Of a stretch of DNA of 64,000 bases, positions 26,257 through 36,361 are shown piece by piece. The notes under the pieces were generated by a model. That model saw nothing but the letters and a program-made list of their open reading frames with translations. It searched no databases and was not told where the DNA came from. Both the position numbers and the translations under genes were made by a program. Source of the DNA: Gammaproteobacteria bacterium (lineage in GTDB: Bacteria > Pseudomonadota > Gammaproteobacteria > Eutrophobiales > Eutrophobiaceae). Position 1 is the stretch's first letter. Each line of letters opens with the position of its first letter. Location: positions 1,152,001-1,216,000 of the forward strand of contig OZ220696.1 in the NCBI GenBank assembly GCA_965116495.1, given 5' to 3'.

Positions 26257-27414
26257 CTAAGGTTTCGCCGGTATTGCATCGGCAGCAGAAAGCATCCTGC
26301 AGACGATAAGGAAAAAACAGGCTGCAAGAACAGGACCGGTAGACCCGATAATGCTCAGTGAACTCAGGGAAAAATGTTCGACTACCCGGCCACCGATGGC
26401 GGCGCCGGCTCCATAGCTGAGCACCTGGACGGCAAAAGCCGCGGTAGCCAAACGGCCGCTCCTGTCGATCGAGGCGGCAGTTCCTATCACATAAGGCAAT
26501 ACAAAAGACAGCAGGAATAGAAACACAAACATCCAGGTCACATAGGAAACCACATCGATTGAATCAGGAACCAGGCCACCGGCTGCAGCAGTCAGAATGG
26601 CGCCACCTGCCAAAGGCAGTATTCTGCCTAACCGCATCCCGATAAACCCTGCCGTAAACGACCCGGCCACGGATACCAGCATTCCCAGGCTCAAGTAGAA
26701 CCCCACGTCATGGGAAGTCATACCCACAGACAGGCCGATTCGTTCAATAAACGACCAGACCGTACCAACGCCTGCAAGATAAAGGAATTCTCCGGTCAAA
26801 AAAATCGCGACTAACCGGTACGAATTTATACCTGTCTTTATATCGAAGATTTGTTGTTGCTGTACCTGTCCGGATGGCAGTTTGAGCAGCAACAGGATTC
26901 CCAGGAAGGTTAATATGGCAAATAATGAAAATAATGCACGATGATAACCCCCGGACAATATCCAGGGTACCAGGTAAATGAGCAAGGCCAACAACAAAAC
27001 CACATAGGCATAGACATGGCCGGTCAGGGATTCGGGATTCCTGGATGACGCTATGGTCATTATGGCCGCGGCCAGGCAAAGTGCGCTGCCAAGCCCGACC
27101 GCCACACGGAAAACAAAGATGACAGCGTAAATATCGGTGAGCACAGTCAGTAACTGCCCGGAACCAGCAATGACAGCGCCGCAAACCGCCATTTTCCGGG
27201 GCGACATACGCACTGCTCCCAATGCAACTGCGAGCATGCAACAGCCGATGGTAACGATCTCTGCCGAGCCTAACAGGCCGGCGGCAGCTTCGCCCAGGTC
27301 CAGGCCGTCAATCAGGGCGCCGATCTGAAACGGCATCATCATGGAGCCGAGTTCGCCGAAGAACACGCCGGCGACAAGAGAACAGAACAATATTATGACG
27401 CCCCTGCTATACAT
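26257..27414 (-). CDS. MFS transporter
   Basis: Multi-TM; VWSFIERIG, GMRLGR, IDRSGR pattern shared with the MFS genes at 38033 and 44342. Confidence 0.85.
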   Translation of the reverse strand: MYSRGVIILFCSLVAGVFFGELGSMMMPFQIGALIDGLDLGEAAAGLLGSAEIVTIGCCMLAVALGAVRMSPRKMAVCGAVIAGSGQLLTVLTDIYAVIFVFRVAVGLGSALCLAAAIMTIASSRNPESLTGHVYAYVVLLLALLIYLVPWILSGGYHRALFSLFAILTFLGILLLLKLPSGQVQQQQIFDIKTGINSYRLVAIFLTGEFLYLAGVGTVWSFIERIGLSVGMTSHDVGFYLSLGMLVSVAGSFTAGFIGMRLGRILPLAGGAILTAAAGGLVPDSIDVVSYVTWMFVFLFLLSFVLPYVIGTAASIDRSGRLATAAFAVQVLSYGAGAAIGGRVVEHFSLSSLSIIGSTGPVLAACFFLIVCRMLSAADAIPAKP

Positions 27415-27462
27415 TTGATCTACTCAATCCTTAACAGGCAGAGGGTTGTGAAAAAGTATGAT

Positions 27463-28533
27463 TCACGTTGCCGTGATTGTCGGCCAGAGTGTCTTACTAC
27501 CCGTACGGCAGACCAGGTTTCCCAGCAGCGTTGCCCATTCCGATGTCGAGCCGAAGTCATCGCACCATGACCAGAGCCGCCGGGTAAACTGGTGCAAATG
27601 GTATTCCCTGGCAAAACCCATGGCTCCATGGACCTGGTGAGCAATCTTCGCGCCCTTAACTGCTGCCTCACCACAGCGAATCTTGGCTGCTGCTATCGCA
27701 AACTCCGTACGCAAGTCATCAATGCCGAACCTGGCCCAATGCATCAATCCATTATCGGCGGCACACAGCGCCGCCGCCACCTCTTCAGCCAACACGGCAA
27801 CATTGTGCTGTATCGCCTGGAACCCCGCAATCGGTCGACCGAACTGTTCACGTTCCAGGGCATAATCAACCGTCATATCCAGTATCCGTTCCAGTGCGCC
27901 CGCCATCTGAAAACTACGGACCAGGGCGCCTACCCTGCATAAGGCTTCAACCGGTCCGGGACGATCAAATTTCCTGATGACGCTTGCTCGGTGGTCATCA
28001 AAACGGATATCGTTCAGCGGTTCGCCGGCCAGGTTGGTACCGTTGGACAATTCTGCCTCCAACCTGGGTACGGATACGATGGCATATCCGTTGTCACAGG
28101 GCGCGATAACGATGATCCGTTCAACCTCGGCGGCATAAGGCACTTTATATACCTCCCCACTCAGCCTGCCGTCCTGGGTCAGGGATACAGACCCTGCACT
28201 GTTAACAGGGGCTACGGTAAGGGAAGTGATCGGGACTTCACAGCCCACCCAGGCTAACAACCAGCCGGAAATTAACGTTTCGCAGACCGGCGCCGGCACG
28301 GCATATTTGCCTGCCAGTCGGAGAACAGGCGCGCACTCAATGACAGCCAGACCCGTACCGCCATATTTTTCCGGCACCCAGGCCCATGGGATAGCCGTTT
28401 CGCTCAGCGTATTCCAGAGCTGCTCCTGCGGTTCACCTTCCTCTGTCCGGTTGATGACATCGGGAGTAGACAATTCGGAGAATATCCGTGTTACCGCATC
28501 GACCAGTACCGGGTCTGACTCACTTTTTTCCAT
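27463..28533 (-). CDS. Acyl-CoA dehydrogenase-family protein (short, probably non-catalytic partner subunit)
   Basis: REQFGRPIAGFQAIQH, HQVHGAMGF..EY; lacks the C-terminal EG/GG-T motif. Confidence 0.85.
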   Translation of the reverse strand: MEKSESDPVLVDAVTRIFSELSTPDVINRTEEGEPQEQLWNTLSETAIPWAWVPEKYGGTGLAVIECAPVLRLAGKYAVPAPVCETLISGWLLAWVGCEVPITSLTVAPVNSAGSVSLTQDGRLSGEVYKVPYAAEVERIIVIAPCDNGYAIVSVPRLEAELSNGTNLAGEPLNDIRFDDHRASVIRKFDRPGPVEALCRVGALVRSFQMAGALERILDMTVDYALEREQFGRPIAGFQAIQHNVAVLAEEVAAALCAADNGLMHWARFGIDDLRTEFAIAAAKIRCGEAAVKGAKIAHQVHGAMGFAREYHLHQFTRRLWSWCDDFGSTSEWATLLGNLVCRTGSKTLWPTITAT

Positions 28534-28536
28534 GAT

Positions 28537-29322
28537 TCATTCTCCGGAGAATCGGGGTGGACGTCTTTGTGTCGAAGCACTGATTCCCTCCCTGAAATCC
28601 GAGGTGGATTTAAGACGCGTCTGTTCGGCCAGTTCCCGTTGAATTGCTTCAGGGAGTTCGCTGAGAAGCTGCCGGCGTTGCGTCTTTCTGATCGCCTGTA
28701 CCGCCAGCGGCGCCGACTCCGAGATCTCGGCAGCAAGCGCAATTGCCGCTTTTCGAACATCCTCCTGCGCAACCGACTGATCTGCAAGGCCTGTTGATAC
28801 TGCTGTCTCACCGTCTATACGACGGCCCGTGAACAACATCAGGTTTGCCCGATTATGCCCGATCAGTCGCGGCAAGGTAACGCTGAGACCGAAACCATGG
28901 TGGAAGCCCAACCGGGAAAAATTGGCGCTGAATCTCGCATCGGCGCAGGTAATACGGAAATCCGCTACCAGCGCAAGACCTAAACCACCTCCGATAGCGG
29001 CACCCTGGACAGCCGCCACCACGGGTTTGCATGAACGATACAGGCGCAAAGCATGCCCGTAAATTGTTTCCACCTCCGCCCGGGCGGTACTCTTCTTTCC
29101 CGGCAATTCAGGCGGCCGGTTAAATTGAAAACCGGCGCAGAAATGTTTTCCACTGGAACACTGTACAATGGCGCGACAAACCGGGTCGGTATCGAGTTTC
29201 TCGTAAATATCGGCTAACCCCTGGATTAATCCTGCATCGAAATAGTTATCAGGAGGCCGGCAGATCTCGACGATCGCAACGTGGCCCTCGAATCCCACGT
29301 TAATATCCGGATTTTTCATCAT
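28537..29322 (-). CDS. Enoyl-CoA hydratase/isomerase
   Basis: HFCAG, KPVVAAVQGAAIGGGLGLAL.ADFR, DFREG. Confidence 0.92.
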   Translation of the reverse strand: MMKNPDINVGFEGHVAIVEICRPPDNYFDAGLIQGLADIYEKLDTDPVCRAIVQCSSGKHFCAGFQFNRPPELPGKKSTARAEVETIYGHALRLYRSCKPVVAAVQGAAIGGGLGLALVADFRITCADARFSANFSRLGFHHGFGLSVTLPRLIGHNRANLMLFTGRRIDGETAVSTGLADQSVAQEDVRKAAIALAAEISESAPLAVQAIRKTQRRQLLSELPEAIQRELAEQTRLKSTSDFREGISASTQRRPPRFSGE

Positions 29323-29368
29323 GTTTCATTCATGTTGCTGTCTGACTTCGCCAGGGTATCCCGATTGT

Positions 29369-29397
29369 CAGGGGACGGACTTCAAGTCCGTCCCCTG
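29369..29397. repeat. REP-like palindrome CAGGGGACGGACTT-C-AAGTCCGTCCCCTG
   Basis: Perfect 14-bp arms; contains the stop codon of the CoA ligase. Confidence 0.8.
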
Positions 29398-31532
29398 TGC
29401 CTGTTTATCATTAACGCATCCACTACCGTCAATCCTTGCCCTTCAGTGTGGATAATGACGGGGTTCAATTCAATCTCCCGGATATGGTCCTTATTGGCCT
29501 CTGCAAACCGGGATAAGCCGACCATGAGATTAATCAATGCTGCCACATCAGCCGCTTCATTTCCGCGGTAGCCTGCCAGGAGTCTCCATATCTTTAACTC
29601 CTCTAACAGATACCTCGCCTGGGACTCGCTGACGGGAACCGGAGTCACGGCAACATCATCCATGACCTCTACCAATACTCCGCCTGCTCCCGCTGACAGC
29701 ATCAGACCGAAATCCTTGTCTTGGGAGATGCCGATCAGCATTTCAATGCCGGGCGCCGACATCGGTTCAAGCAATACTCCATGTATATCGGCGCCGGGCT
29801 CATACCTGGCCGCATTCTCCGTCAACCGGGAAAAACCGTCCCTGACGGCCTGAGCTGAGTCCAGGTTCAACAATACGCCACCCGTGTCAGTCTTGTGGGG
29901 GATATCCGGCGATTGTATTTTCATTGCCACTGGTGATGCGTATTTCTCAAAATATTCCACGGCTTGCTCTGCTGTCCGTGCGAGGAAACCAGCAGGCTGT
30001 AAAAGTCCCAAATCAGCCAGTACGGTCTTGACCTCGTATTCACATAAAATCTTGCGCTCGCAGAATTGATGCAGATCAACCGGTGGCGGTTGCATGTCCG
30101 GGACCTGCGTCTCCCGCGACTGCATATGATCCAGGTAACCATGATAATTCACCATGGAAGAGAGTGCAGATGCGCAATTCTGCATGTCTGTCATAACAGG
30201 AAACCCGGCTTCCACGAGCAACTTCATTGCATCCGGGTTTGCGGCCGCGTAGGTGCAGAACAATACAGGCTTGTCGCTTTCTTGCCTGATGCTACGCAAG
30301 GTTTCCATATCGGCTGCAATATATTCGGCACTGTAGGTGGCGCAAACAACAATCGCGGCGTCAATTACCGGGCAATCCAGCATTATCTTCAGCGCCGCCG
30401 CGTAACCGGCTTCGATGACGCCTTGAGCGGTAATATCCACGGGATTCGCAAGCGATGCATAGGGAGGCAGTACTTCTGCCAATCGACGGCGGGTCGATGT
30501 GTCGAGTTCGTTAATTTCCAGCCCTTGCTCTTCACACTTGTCCGCGAGCATAATTCCGGCGCCCCCGGACGGCGTGAGGATGCCGATCCGGCGTCCCTTC
30601 GGCAGACGGTCGGCAAGATCGCAGAAACAGCAGGCGGTATCGATCAACTGTGCGATATTATGCGTCTCCTGGACACCGTAGCGCCGGAACACGGCCTGGT
30701 AAGCCTGGTAATTTCCCGCCAGGGCGCCGGTATGGGTGGTAACGGCCCTTGCGCCGACTTCGGCGCGGCCGATTTTGCAGACGATTACCGGTTTGCGCAG
30801 CTCCGCTGCCTGTTCCAGGACCGCGCGGAAACCGGAAGGTTCAATCAGTCCTTCCAACACAACGACGATAACACCGGTATCAGCGTCAAGCAGCGCGTAT
30901 TCGACGAAATCATGTATCCCCAGTAACGCCTGGTTGCCCGCAGCAACGACATGGGTGAACCTCAACCCTTGCAGGCGCGCCCGGCTGTATATGCCAAATC
31001 CCAGACCACCGCTCTGTGACACCAGGGCAATACCTTTTTGTCCCGCTTCAAATTTATCCCCGTGATATTCCCCGTTTGCAACGGCTGCACTGAAGCTGGC
31101 AGCCAGCGGGAGCCCGGTGTTCAGGAACCCTTCGGAATTCGGGCCTAGCAGGCGTATGCCGTATTTCAGGCAAATCGATTTGATCTTCTCCTGACGCGCG
31201 ATACCTTCTTCCATGTTGTTGTCGGCAAAACCCGAACTTATAATCAAAACGGCTTTAACCCCTGCTTGTCCGCATTCCTCCATCACGCCCGAAACTACAG
31301 CCGCGGGTATAGCCATGATCACAAGGTCTACCGGTCCGGGCACCTCCTGCACCGTGTCATAACACTCCACGCCTTCAACTTCCTTGTGGGAGGGTGAAAC
31401 AAAATAAATGGGGGCATCCGTCCTGTGGCGTAACAGTACCGAGACAAGACGGCCGCGAAAATTGCGCTTGTCAGGGGAGGCGCCAACCAGGGCAACCGAT
31501 TTGGGTAAAAACAATGGGGCCAGAGCGTGCAT
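29382..31532 (-). CDS. ADP-forming acyl-CoA ligase (CoA-binding plus ATP-grasp domains)
   Basis: PKSVALVGAS, LLGPNSEG, SQSGG, THTGALAG, NPVDIT, HKTDTGGV, EIELNP. Confidence 0.92.
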   Translation of the reverse strand: MHALAPLFLPKSVALVGASPDKRNFRGRLVSVLLRHRTDAPIYFVSPSHKEVEGVECYDTVQEVPGPVDLVIMAIPAAVVSGVMEECGQAGVKAVLIISSGFADNNMEEGIARQEKIKSICLKYGIRLLGPNSEGFLNTGLPLAASFSAAVANGEYHGDKFEAGQKGIALVSQSGGLGFGIYSRARLQGLRFTHVVAAGNQALLGIHDFVEYALLDADTGVIVVVLEGLIEPSGFRAVLEQAAELRKPVIVCKIGRAEVGARAVTTHTGALAGNYQAYQAVFRRYGVQETHNIAQLIDTACCFCDLADRLPKGRRIGILTPSGGAGIMLADKCEEQGLEINELDTSTRRRLAEVLPPYASLANPVDITAQGVIEAGYAAALKIMLDCPVIDAAIVVCATYSAEYIAADMETLRSIRQESDKPVLFCTYAAANPDAMKLLVEAGFPVMTDMQNCASALSSMVNYHGYLDHMQSRETQVPDMQPPPVDLHQFCERKILCEYEVKTVLADLGLLQPAGFLARTAEQAVEYFEKYASPVAMKIQSPDIPHKTDTGGVLLNLDSAQAVRDGFSRLTENAARYEPGADIHGVLLEPMSAPGIEMLIGISQDKDFGLMLSAGAGGVLVEVMDDVAVTPVPVSESQARYLLEELKIWRLLAGYRGNEAADVAALINLMVGLSRFAEANKDHIREIELNPVIIHTEGQGLTVVDALMINRHRGRT

Positions 31533-31541
31533 TATTGACGG

Positions 31542-32675
31542 TTATCTCAGGCCCAGGCCGCGCGCAATGATACCTCTCAGCACTTCCGTGGTGCCCCCCT
31601 GGATGGTCAGTTTTGGCGCGAGCAGCATGGCGCGCCTGCAGGTTTCATCAAACGCGCGATATTGCTCTCCCGGTCTGAATGCAACCAGGTCCCTGGCTTT
31701 TGAAGGCAGACCCTGTTCCCAACAGGTGCCCAGGTCTTTCACTATAGCCGCTTCCATACCGGGCATCCCGCCCTGGTCAAGTCTTGCTGCAGTAGCTATG
31801 GACATCTGCCGCAGGGTTGACAACTGGGCGGCCAGGCGGCCTATTCCTTCCGCGGCGTGCGCCTCCGGGTGTGGTTCGACCAACGAAATCAACTCGTACA
31901 ATACGGAGATGGTTTCCAGGAAGCGGTCTGGACTACTGCGTTCGTATATCAATTCGTCAGACACCTGTTTCCAGCCTGCATCGGTTTTACCCAGCATATG
32001 GGAATCAGGCACCAGTACATCTTCAAACAGCACCTCGTTAAAATCATGTTCGCCGGCAAGGTTGTTGATGGGTCTTACCGTCACCCCCGCCGCGCTCATG
32101 GGGATAAGAAACTGGGTTAGACCGAACCGGCGGTCATCCTCCGCAGGTGCTGACGTCCGTAACAGCGCAATCATGTAATGTGTGCGGTGCGCATGGCTGG
32201 TCCATAACTTGCTGCCATTTATACGCCACCCGGCACTTGTTTTTTCCGCCCTGGAACGTATCGAAAACAGGTCAGACCCCGAGTTCGCTTCGCTCATGCC
32301 GATACAGAAAAAACACTCACCCCTGACGATTTCAGGTAGCAGATTGTTACATAGTTCGTCACTGCCGTATTTGAGAAGCATGGACCCGCTTTGCCGGTCG
32401 GCCACCCAATGAGCTCTAATGGGCGCTCCGGCGGCCAGCAGTTCTTCCGCGACAACGTGGCGTTCAAGATAAGATCGTTCCCGGCCTCCGTAATTCCGCG
32501 GCCAGGTCATGCCGATGTATCCCGCCTGTCCGCATTTACGGCTGAACCCGGGACAAAACCCGTCGCCTGAGTCTCCGGTTGCAGGAAGTTCCCTGCTGAT
32601 AAATTCCCTGACTTCGTGTCTCAGCGCGGAAATATTGTCAGCCAAGTCCGGGACATCGAAATGAAAATAGCCCAT
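31542..32675 (-). CDS. Acyl-CoA dehydrogenase
   Basis: WPRNYGG, IGMSEANSGSDL, NGSKLWTS, FNEVLFED, TIQGGTTEVLR. Confidence 0.92.
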   Translation of the reverse strand: MGYFHFDVPDLADNISALRHEVREFISRELPATGDSGDGFCPGFSRKCGQAGYIGMTWPRNYGGRERSYLERHVVAEELLAAGAPIRAHWVADRQSGSMLLKYGSDELCNNLLPEIVRGECFFCIGMSEANSGSDLFSIRSRAEKTSAGWRINGSKLWTSHAHRTHYMIALLRTSAPAEDDRRFGLTQFLIPMSAAGVTVRPINNLAGEHDFNEVLFEDVLVPDSHMLGKTDAGWKQVSDELIYERSSPDRFLETISVLYELISLVEPHPEAHAAEGIGRLAAQLSTLRQMSIATAARLDQGGMPGMEAAIVKDLGTCWEQGLPSKARDLVAFRPGEQYRAFDETCRRAMLLAPKLTIQGGTTEVLRGIIARGLGLR

Positions 32676-32770
32676 GTACCTTTCCCAAACAGAGTGAGAG
32701 TTATAGTTTCAGTATACGATACAGTAAGATTAGCTGTAACGGCACAAATCAGGAATGGCCACGACTGACG

Positions 32771-33658
32771 ATGAAAATATTGATTCTTGGCGCTACCGGT
32801 ACCATAGGGCACCAACTTGCTGAAGAAATTGTGCAGGGCGTCCCGCAAATTCAATTACGACTGACAAGCAGACGTAATGATGGCGTTACACAACTCGAAC
32901 GGGAATTCCCTGATGCGGAAATCTGTAAAACGGATTTTCTGGACCCGGCAAGCCTGGAACCTGCAATCCGGGGGGTTGACAAAATCATGGTTGTCAATCC
33001 TGATGCGATCGATGAAAACCGGGCTTGTACAAACCTGGTCGAGGCAATCGGCACGGCAGGCGGAGTAACGCATGTACTACGGCTGCTGACTTACCCGCCA
33101 GGTCTCACACCGGCGGATATCAAGCCTGAAGCCCGTGCAATACCCATAGGCTTTAACCAGGGCATCGCCGCCAGGGAGATGCTGGATTCAAGTGATATAC
33201 CACTGACTTACGTTAATGTCATTTCCAGTTTCATGACCAATTTACTGTGGTCGGCCGAGTTGATACGCACCAGACAAAAATTTGTCATGCCGTGCCCGCA
33301 GGTGCAGACCTGGATACACCCCGCTGATATTGCGCATGTGTGCGCCGGGATACTGGTGGATAATCCTGCTTCTCATATCGGTAAGACCTATGAACTGTCC
33401 GGTGTCGAATTGATCTCTTACGATGATATTGCTGCTATGCTGACGCGTGAACTGGGTATTTCCATCGAATATTCCGACGATGAAGCATTATTACGGGAAA
33501 TGTTCGGTGAGGATTACGATCTCTCCATGAAATATTTTGAGTGTGAACGAGACTATTACGCCGCTGTCCGGGCAACGAATGCAGTAGAACAATTTACAGG
33601 TCGGCAACCGTATTCCATGCGAAAATGGATACGCGATAATGCCGGCAGGTTCCGGTAA
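32771..33658 (+). CDS. NmrA-like NAD(P)-binding protein
   Basis: ILILGATGTIG, IHPADIA, GKTYELSG. Confidence 0.85.
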   Translation: MKILILGATGTIGHQLAEEIVQGVPQIQLRLTSRRNDGVTQLEREFPDAEICKTDFLDPASLEPAIRGVDKIMVVNPDAIDENRACTNLVEAIGTAGGVTHVLRLLTYPPGLTPADIKPEARAIPIGFNQGIAAREMLDSSDIPLTYVNVISSFMTNLLWSAELIRTRQKFVMPCPQVQTWIHPADIAHVCAGILVDNPASHIGKTYELSGVELISYDDIAAMLTRELGISIEYSDDEALLREMFGEDYDLSMKYFECERDYYAAVRATNAVEQFTGRQPYSMRKWIRDNAGRFR

Positions 33659-33706
33659 CCATGTATCAATGACGCTCTGTTCAACACTGACAGGAATACA
33701 GATACC

Positions 33707-34696
33707 ATGATAGATGATGAAAGTTCCCTACATGCCCTGGTAGAGGGCACCAACTGGTGGGGGATAGCCACTTTATTCCGTTGTGAACTGGAAAACGACC
33801 CCCGAAATGTCGATATCGCCCTGGTAGGCGTCCCCCACAGCGCGGGGAACGGCACCAGCCAGCGTGACCAGCATTATGGTCCGCGCGCAGTGCGCCATGT
33901 CTCGGCGGAGTATCGCCGGTTCCACCGCGAGTTTGGATTAGACCCCTGGGAATTGTGCCGAATCCGGGATATGGGTGACCCCCGGTTGCCCCATGCCATG
34001 GTGAATGACCTGGCAATGAAGGATATAGAGGCATTTTTCAGGAAACTGGATGTGGCAAATGTGCGGCCCGTTTCGATTGGCGGGGACCATTCCATTGTTT
34101 TGCCTATCCTGCGCGCTATCGCCGGTCCCCAATCAAACCTGGCGGGTGAGCCGATTGCCGTGGTCCACGTGGATGCCCATACTGACACTTACTACGATGA
34201 AGTCCATTATATGGGAAACAGGGAGTGGGCCGGCGGTTGGGGTGTGCTGATGAAAGAGGAAGGCCTGGTTGATCCGGACTGCGTATTCCAGATCGGTATC
34301 AGGGGCCACGGTTATGCCCAGACGGATACGGACCTGGGCTATAATGTCATAGAATACAAGGAATTTCAAAAACTGGGGGCAGCAGGTGTCGTCAGGGAGA
34401 TAAGAGCCCGTATAACAGATGACAAGCCTGTTTACATTACCTTCGACCTGGATGCGCTGGACCCGACCGTGGCGCCGGGCGTGGCAAACGTGGAAGCCGG
34501 AGAAGGTATGAAAATGGGAGAAGCGCTGGAACTGTTGCAGGGTTTGCGCGGCATGAATGTAATCGGGGGCGATGTCGTTGAACTGGTGCCGACCAAGGAT
34601 AACCCCAATATGATTACAAGTATCAATGCCAGTGCCCTGATGTTCGAACAGATAAGTCTGATAGCCGATTACCTGAGCAAGCAAGGTCAAACCTGA
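33707..34696 (+). CDS. Agmatinase/ureohydrolase-family enzyme
   Basis: GPRAVR, GGDHS, DAHTD, TFDLDALDP, GDVVEL. Confidence 0.9.
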   Translation: MIDDESSLHALVEGTNWWGIATLFRCELENDPRNVDIALVGVPHSAGNGTSQRDQHYGPRAVRHVSAEYRRFHREFGLDPWELCRIRDMGDPRLPHAMVNDLAMKDIEAFFRKLDVANVRPVSIGGDHSIVLPILRAIAGPQSNLAGEPIAVVHVDAHTDTYYDEVHYMGNREWAGGWGVLMKEEGLVDPDCVFQIGIRGHGYAQTDTDLGYNVIEYKEFQKLGAAGVVREIRARITDDKPVYITFDLDALDPTVAPGVANVEAGEGMKMGEALELLQGLRGMNVIGGDVVELVPTKDNPNMITSINASALMFEQISLIADYLSKQGQT

Positions 34697-35148
34697 TGAT
34701 CCAGTGGCCTCGAGATGAAATTGAACGTGCTTTTAAGCACTATATCGAGCACACCAGGTACTGCGCCGGTTCCGGGAACTGGTCACGCTGGGCGGAACTG
34801 TTCACTGAAGACATCAGGTATTACAGTAACGGAGTCCTGATCTGGACTAACCGGGAAGAAGTGCGGACAGGTGTCGTCGAATATTATTCCGAATACCCGT
34901 TCAATCACGTAGTTGATTTTGCCCTGAACTGGCACGTTATGGATGAAATAAGCGGCCGGGTGGTGTTCACTATGAAAGTTATCATGGATGACCCCGGTGA
35001 CGGTTCCGACTTCAGCGAAGACGTCCTGATACATATCAATTTTGCCGGCAAAGGTAAGTGGAAACTGCAGGAGGATTATTTTAATCCCGACCTGTTCTCC
35101 AGGATGGCTGAAGACTGGATTGAATCAAGAGCTAGTCACACAGGGTAA
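34696..35148 (+). CDS. NTF2/SnoaL-like protein
   Basis: W..WAELFTED..Y, DDPGDG, GKWKLQEDYFNP. Confidence 0.7.
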   Translation: MIQWPRDEIERAFKHYIEHTRYCAGSGNWSRWAELFTEDIRYYSNGVLIWTNREEVRTGVVEYYSEYPFNHVVDFALNWHVMDEISGRVVFTMKVIMDDPGDGSDFSEDVLIHINFAGKGKWKLQEDYFNPDLFSRMAEDWIESRASHTG

Positions 35149-36361
35149 GATCATCCAGGACAAGACGGGCGAAATTATAATGCGGCTGATCCCAGAAGGG
35201 CGAGAAGTATTGCTGTGAGCACACGGGCGAATGCCGTGCTTTCTGAATTGCTTCAGTGATTGCGTTGTCTTCCCGGGCGGCTTCCTCGAACATCTCTGCA
35301 AACTGGTCGAAAGCTTCTACCAGTGCCGGATCGTTGGCACTGGATTTATGACAATAATAACCCCGCATTTCTGTTGTATTGTCCGGCCCGTCCGGCAGGG
35401 CAATACCGATTTCAATCATATTCGGCATGACGACAAGATACAGGTTGGGGTACAGCGTCAGAAAATAACCGGACTTTGGTGACGGTTTGTCTGTCCGGCT
35501 TAGCGGCGGGCAGGGCAACTCCGGATAGGTATCCGTCAATTCAGCGTGATTATAGGAAAACCCTACCAGGGCGCCATCATGGACCGGCTGGAATGTTCTG
35601 TTTCCGTCCCCGTCCACGCGCGGCACATCCGAGGATTCATTGTACATTCTGTGGGTGAACGACTCGTGTAACACATTCAAACAGGCATTTTCGCAGTAGG
35701 TTTTCCAGTTGGTATCAATGGTGTCTTCGGTGAGAAACGGCATCCCCTCCTGGTCCCGCGCTATCTCCAGCTTTTCCAGGTCATATTCCTCAAGCAGGTT
35801 GAGTACTGGTTGGATGTAGCCGTTGAACGGCTCAGCGTTGTCTGACAGGTTAATGAATAACAGGCCTTGCCAGACTACTGATTTGACCTGTTTGAGATCA
35901 CCTTCGCCCGGCGCCAGTGCGTCTGCCGTACAATCTTCGTAGCCATTCCAGTAAGGCATGGCAACCAGCTTGCCGTCCAGGCTGTATTCCCAGCCGTGGT
36001 AGGGGACAACCAGCTTTTCCAGCGAGCTTTTTGATTCCATAACAACAGGACAACCATCGTAAGGACAGATGTTATGGAATGTCCGCAGTGTATTATCCGT
36101 ACCGCGTACTGCAATAAACGGCATGCCGCAGACATCAAATTTCTTCACATCACCGGCGTTCTCTGCATCGTACGTGAAAACAGCCGCTACCCAGTGTCTC
36201 GAATAGATTCGCTCTGTTTCCAGGTTATAAACATCCCGGGAGATGAATGCCTGCCTGGGTAATGTCCTTGCCTGCTCTATCGGCCGGCGGATCGCAGCCT
36301 GTTCATCCGGGGAAATTAAATGATCAATATTACCTGACATATTAATACCTGGCTCCGGCAT
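35132..36361 (-). CDS. Rieske-oxygenase-like protein with degenerate [2Fe-2S] ligands
   Basis: Choline-monooxygenase-like scaffold (ARTLP, NWK.Y.EN, H...TH, REDN..TEAIQ), but CPYD replaces CxH and VPYH replaces CxxH. Confidence 0.82.
   Translation of the reverse strand: MPEPGINMSGNIDHLISPDEQAAIRRPIEQARTLPRQAFISRDVYNLETERIYSRHWVAAVFTYDAENAGDVKKFDVCGMPFIAVRGTDNTLRTFHNICPYDGCPVVMESKSSLEKLVVPYHGWEYSLDGKLVAMPYWNGYEDCTADALAPGEGDLKQVKSVVWQGLLFINLSDNAEPFNGYIQPVLNLLEEYDLEKLEIARDQEGMPFLTEDTIDTNWKTYCENACLNVLHESFTHRMYNESSDVPRVDGDGNRTFQPVHDGALVGFSYNHAELTDTYPELPCPPLSRTDKPSPKSGYFLTLYPNLYLVVMPNMIEIGIALPDGPDNTTEMRGYYCHKSSANDPALVEAFDQFAEMFEEAAREDNAITEAIQKARHSPVCSQQYFSPFWDQPHYNFARLVLDDLTLCD

Noticed and set aside
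33659-33706. Guanidine riboswitch upstream of the ureohydrolase
   Set aside because: The spacer is only 48 bp and shows no twin ACGR hairpins or ykkC-like pattern
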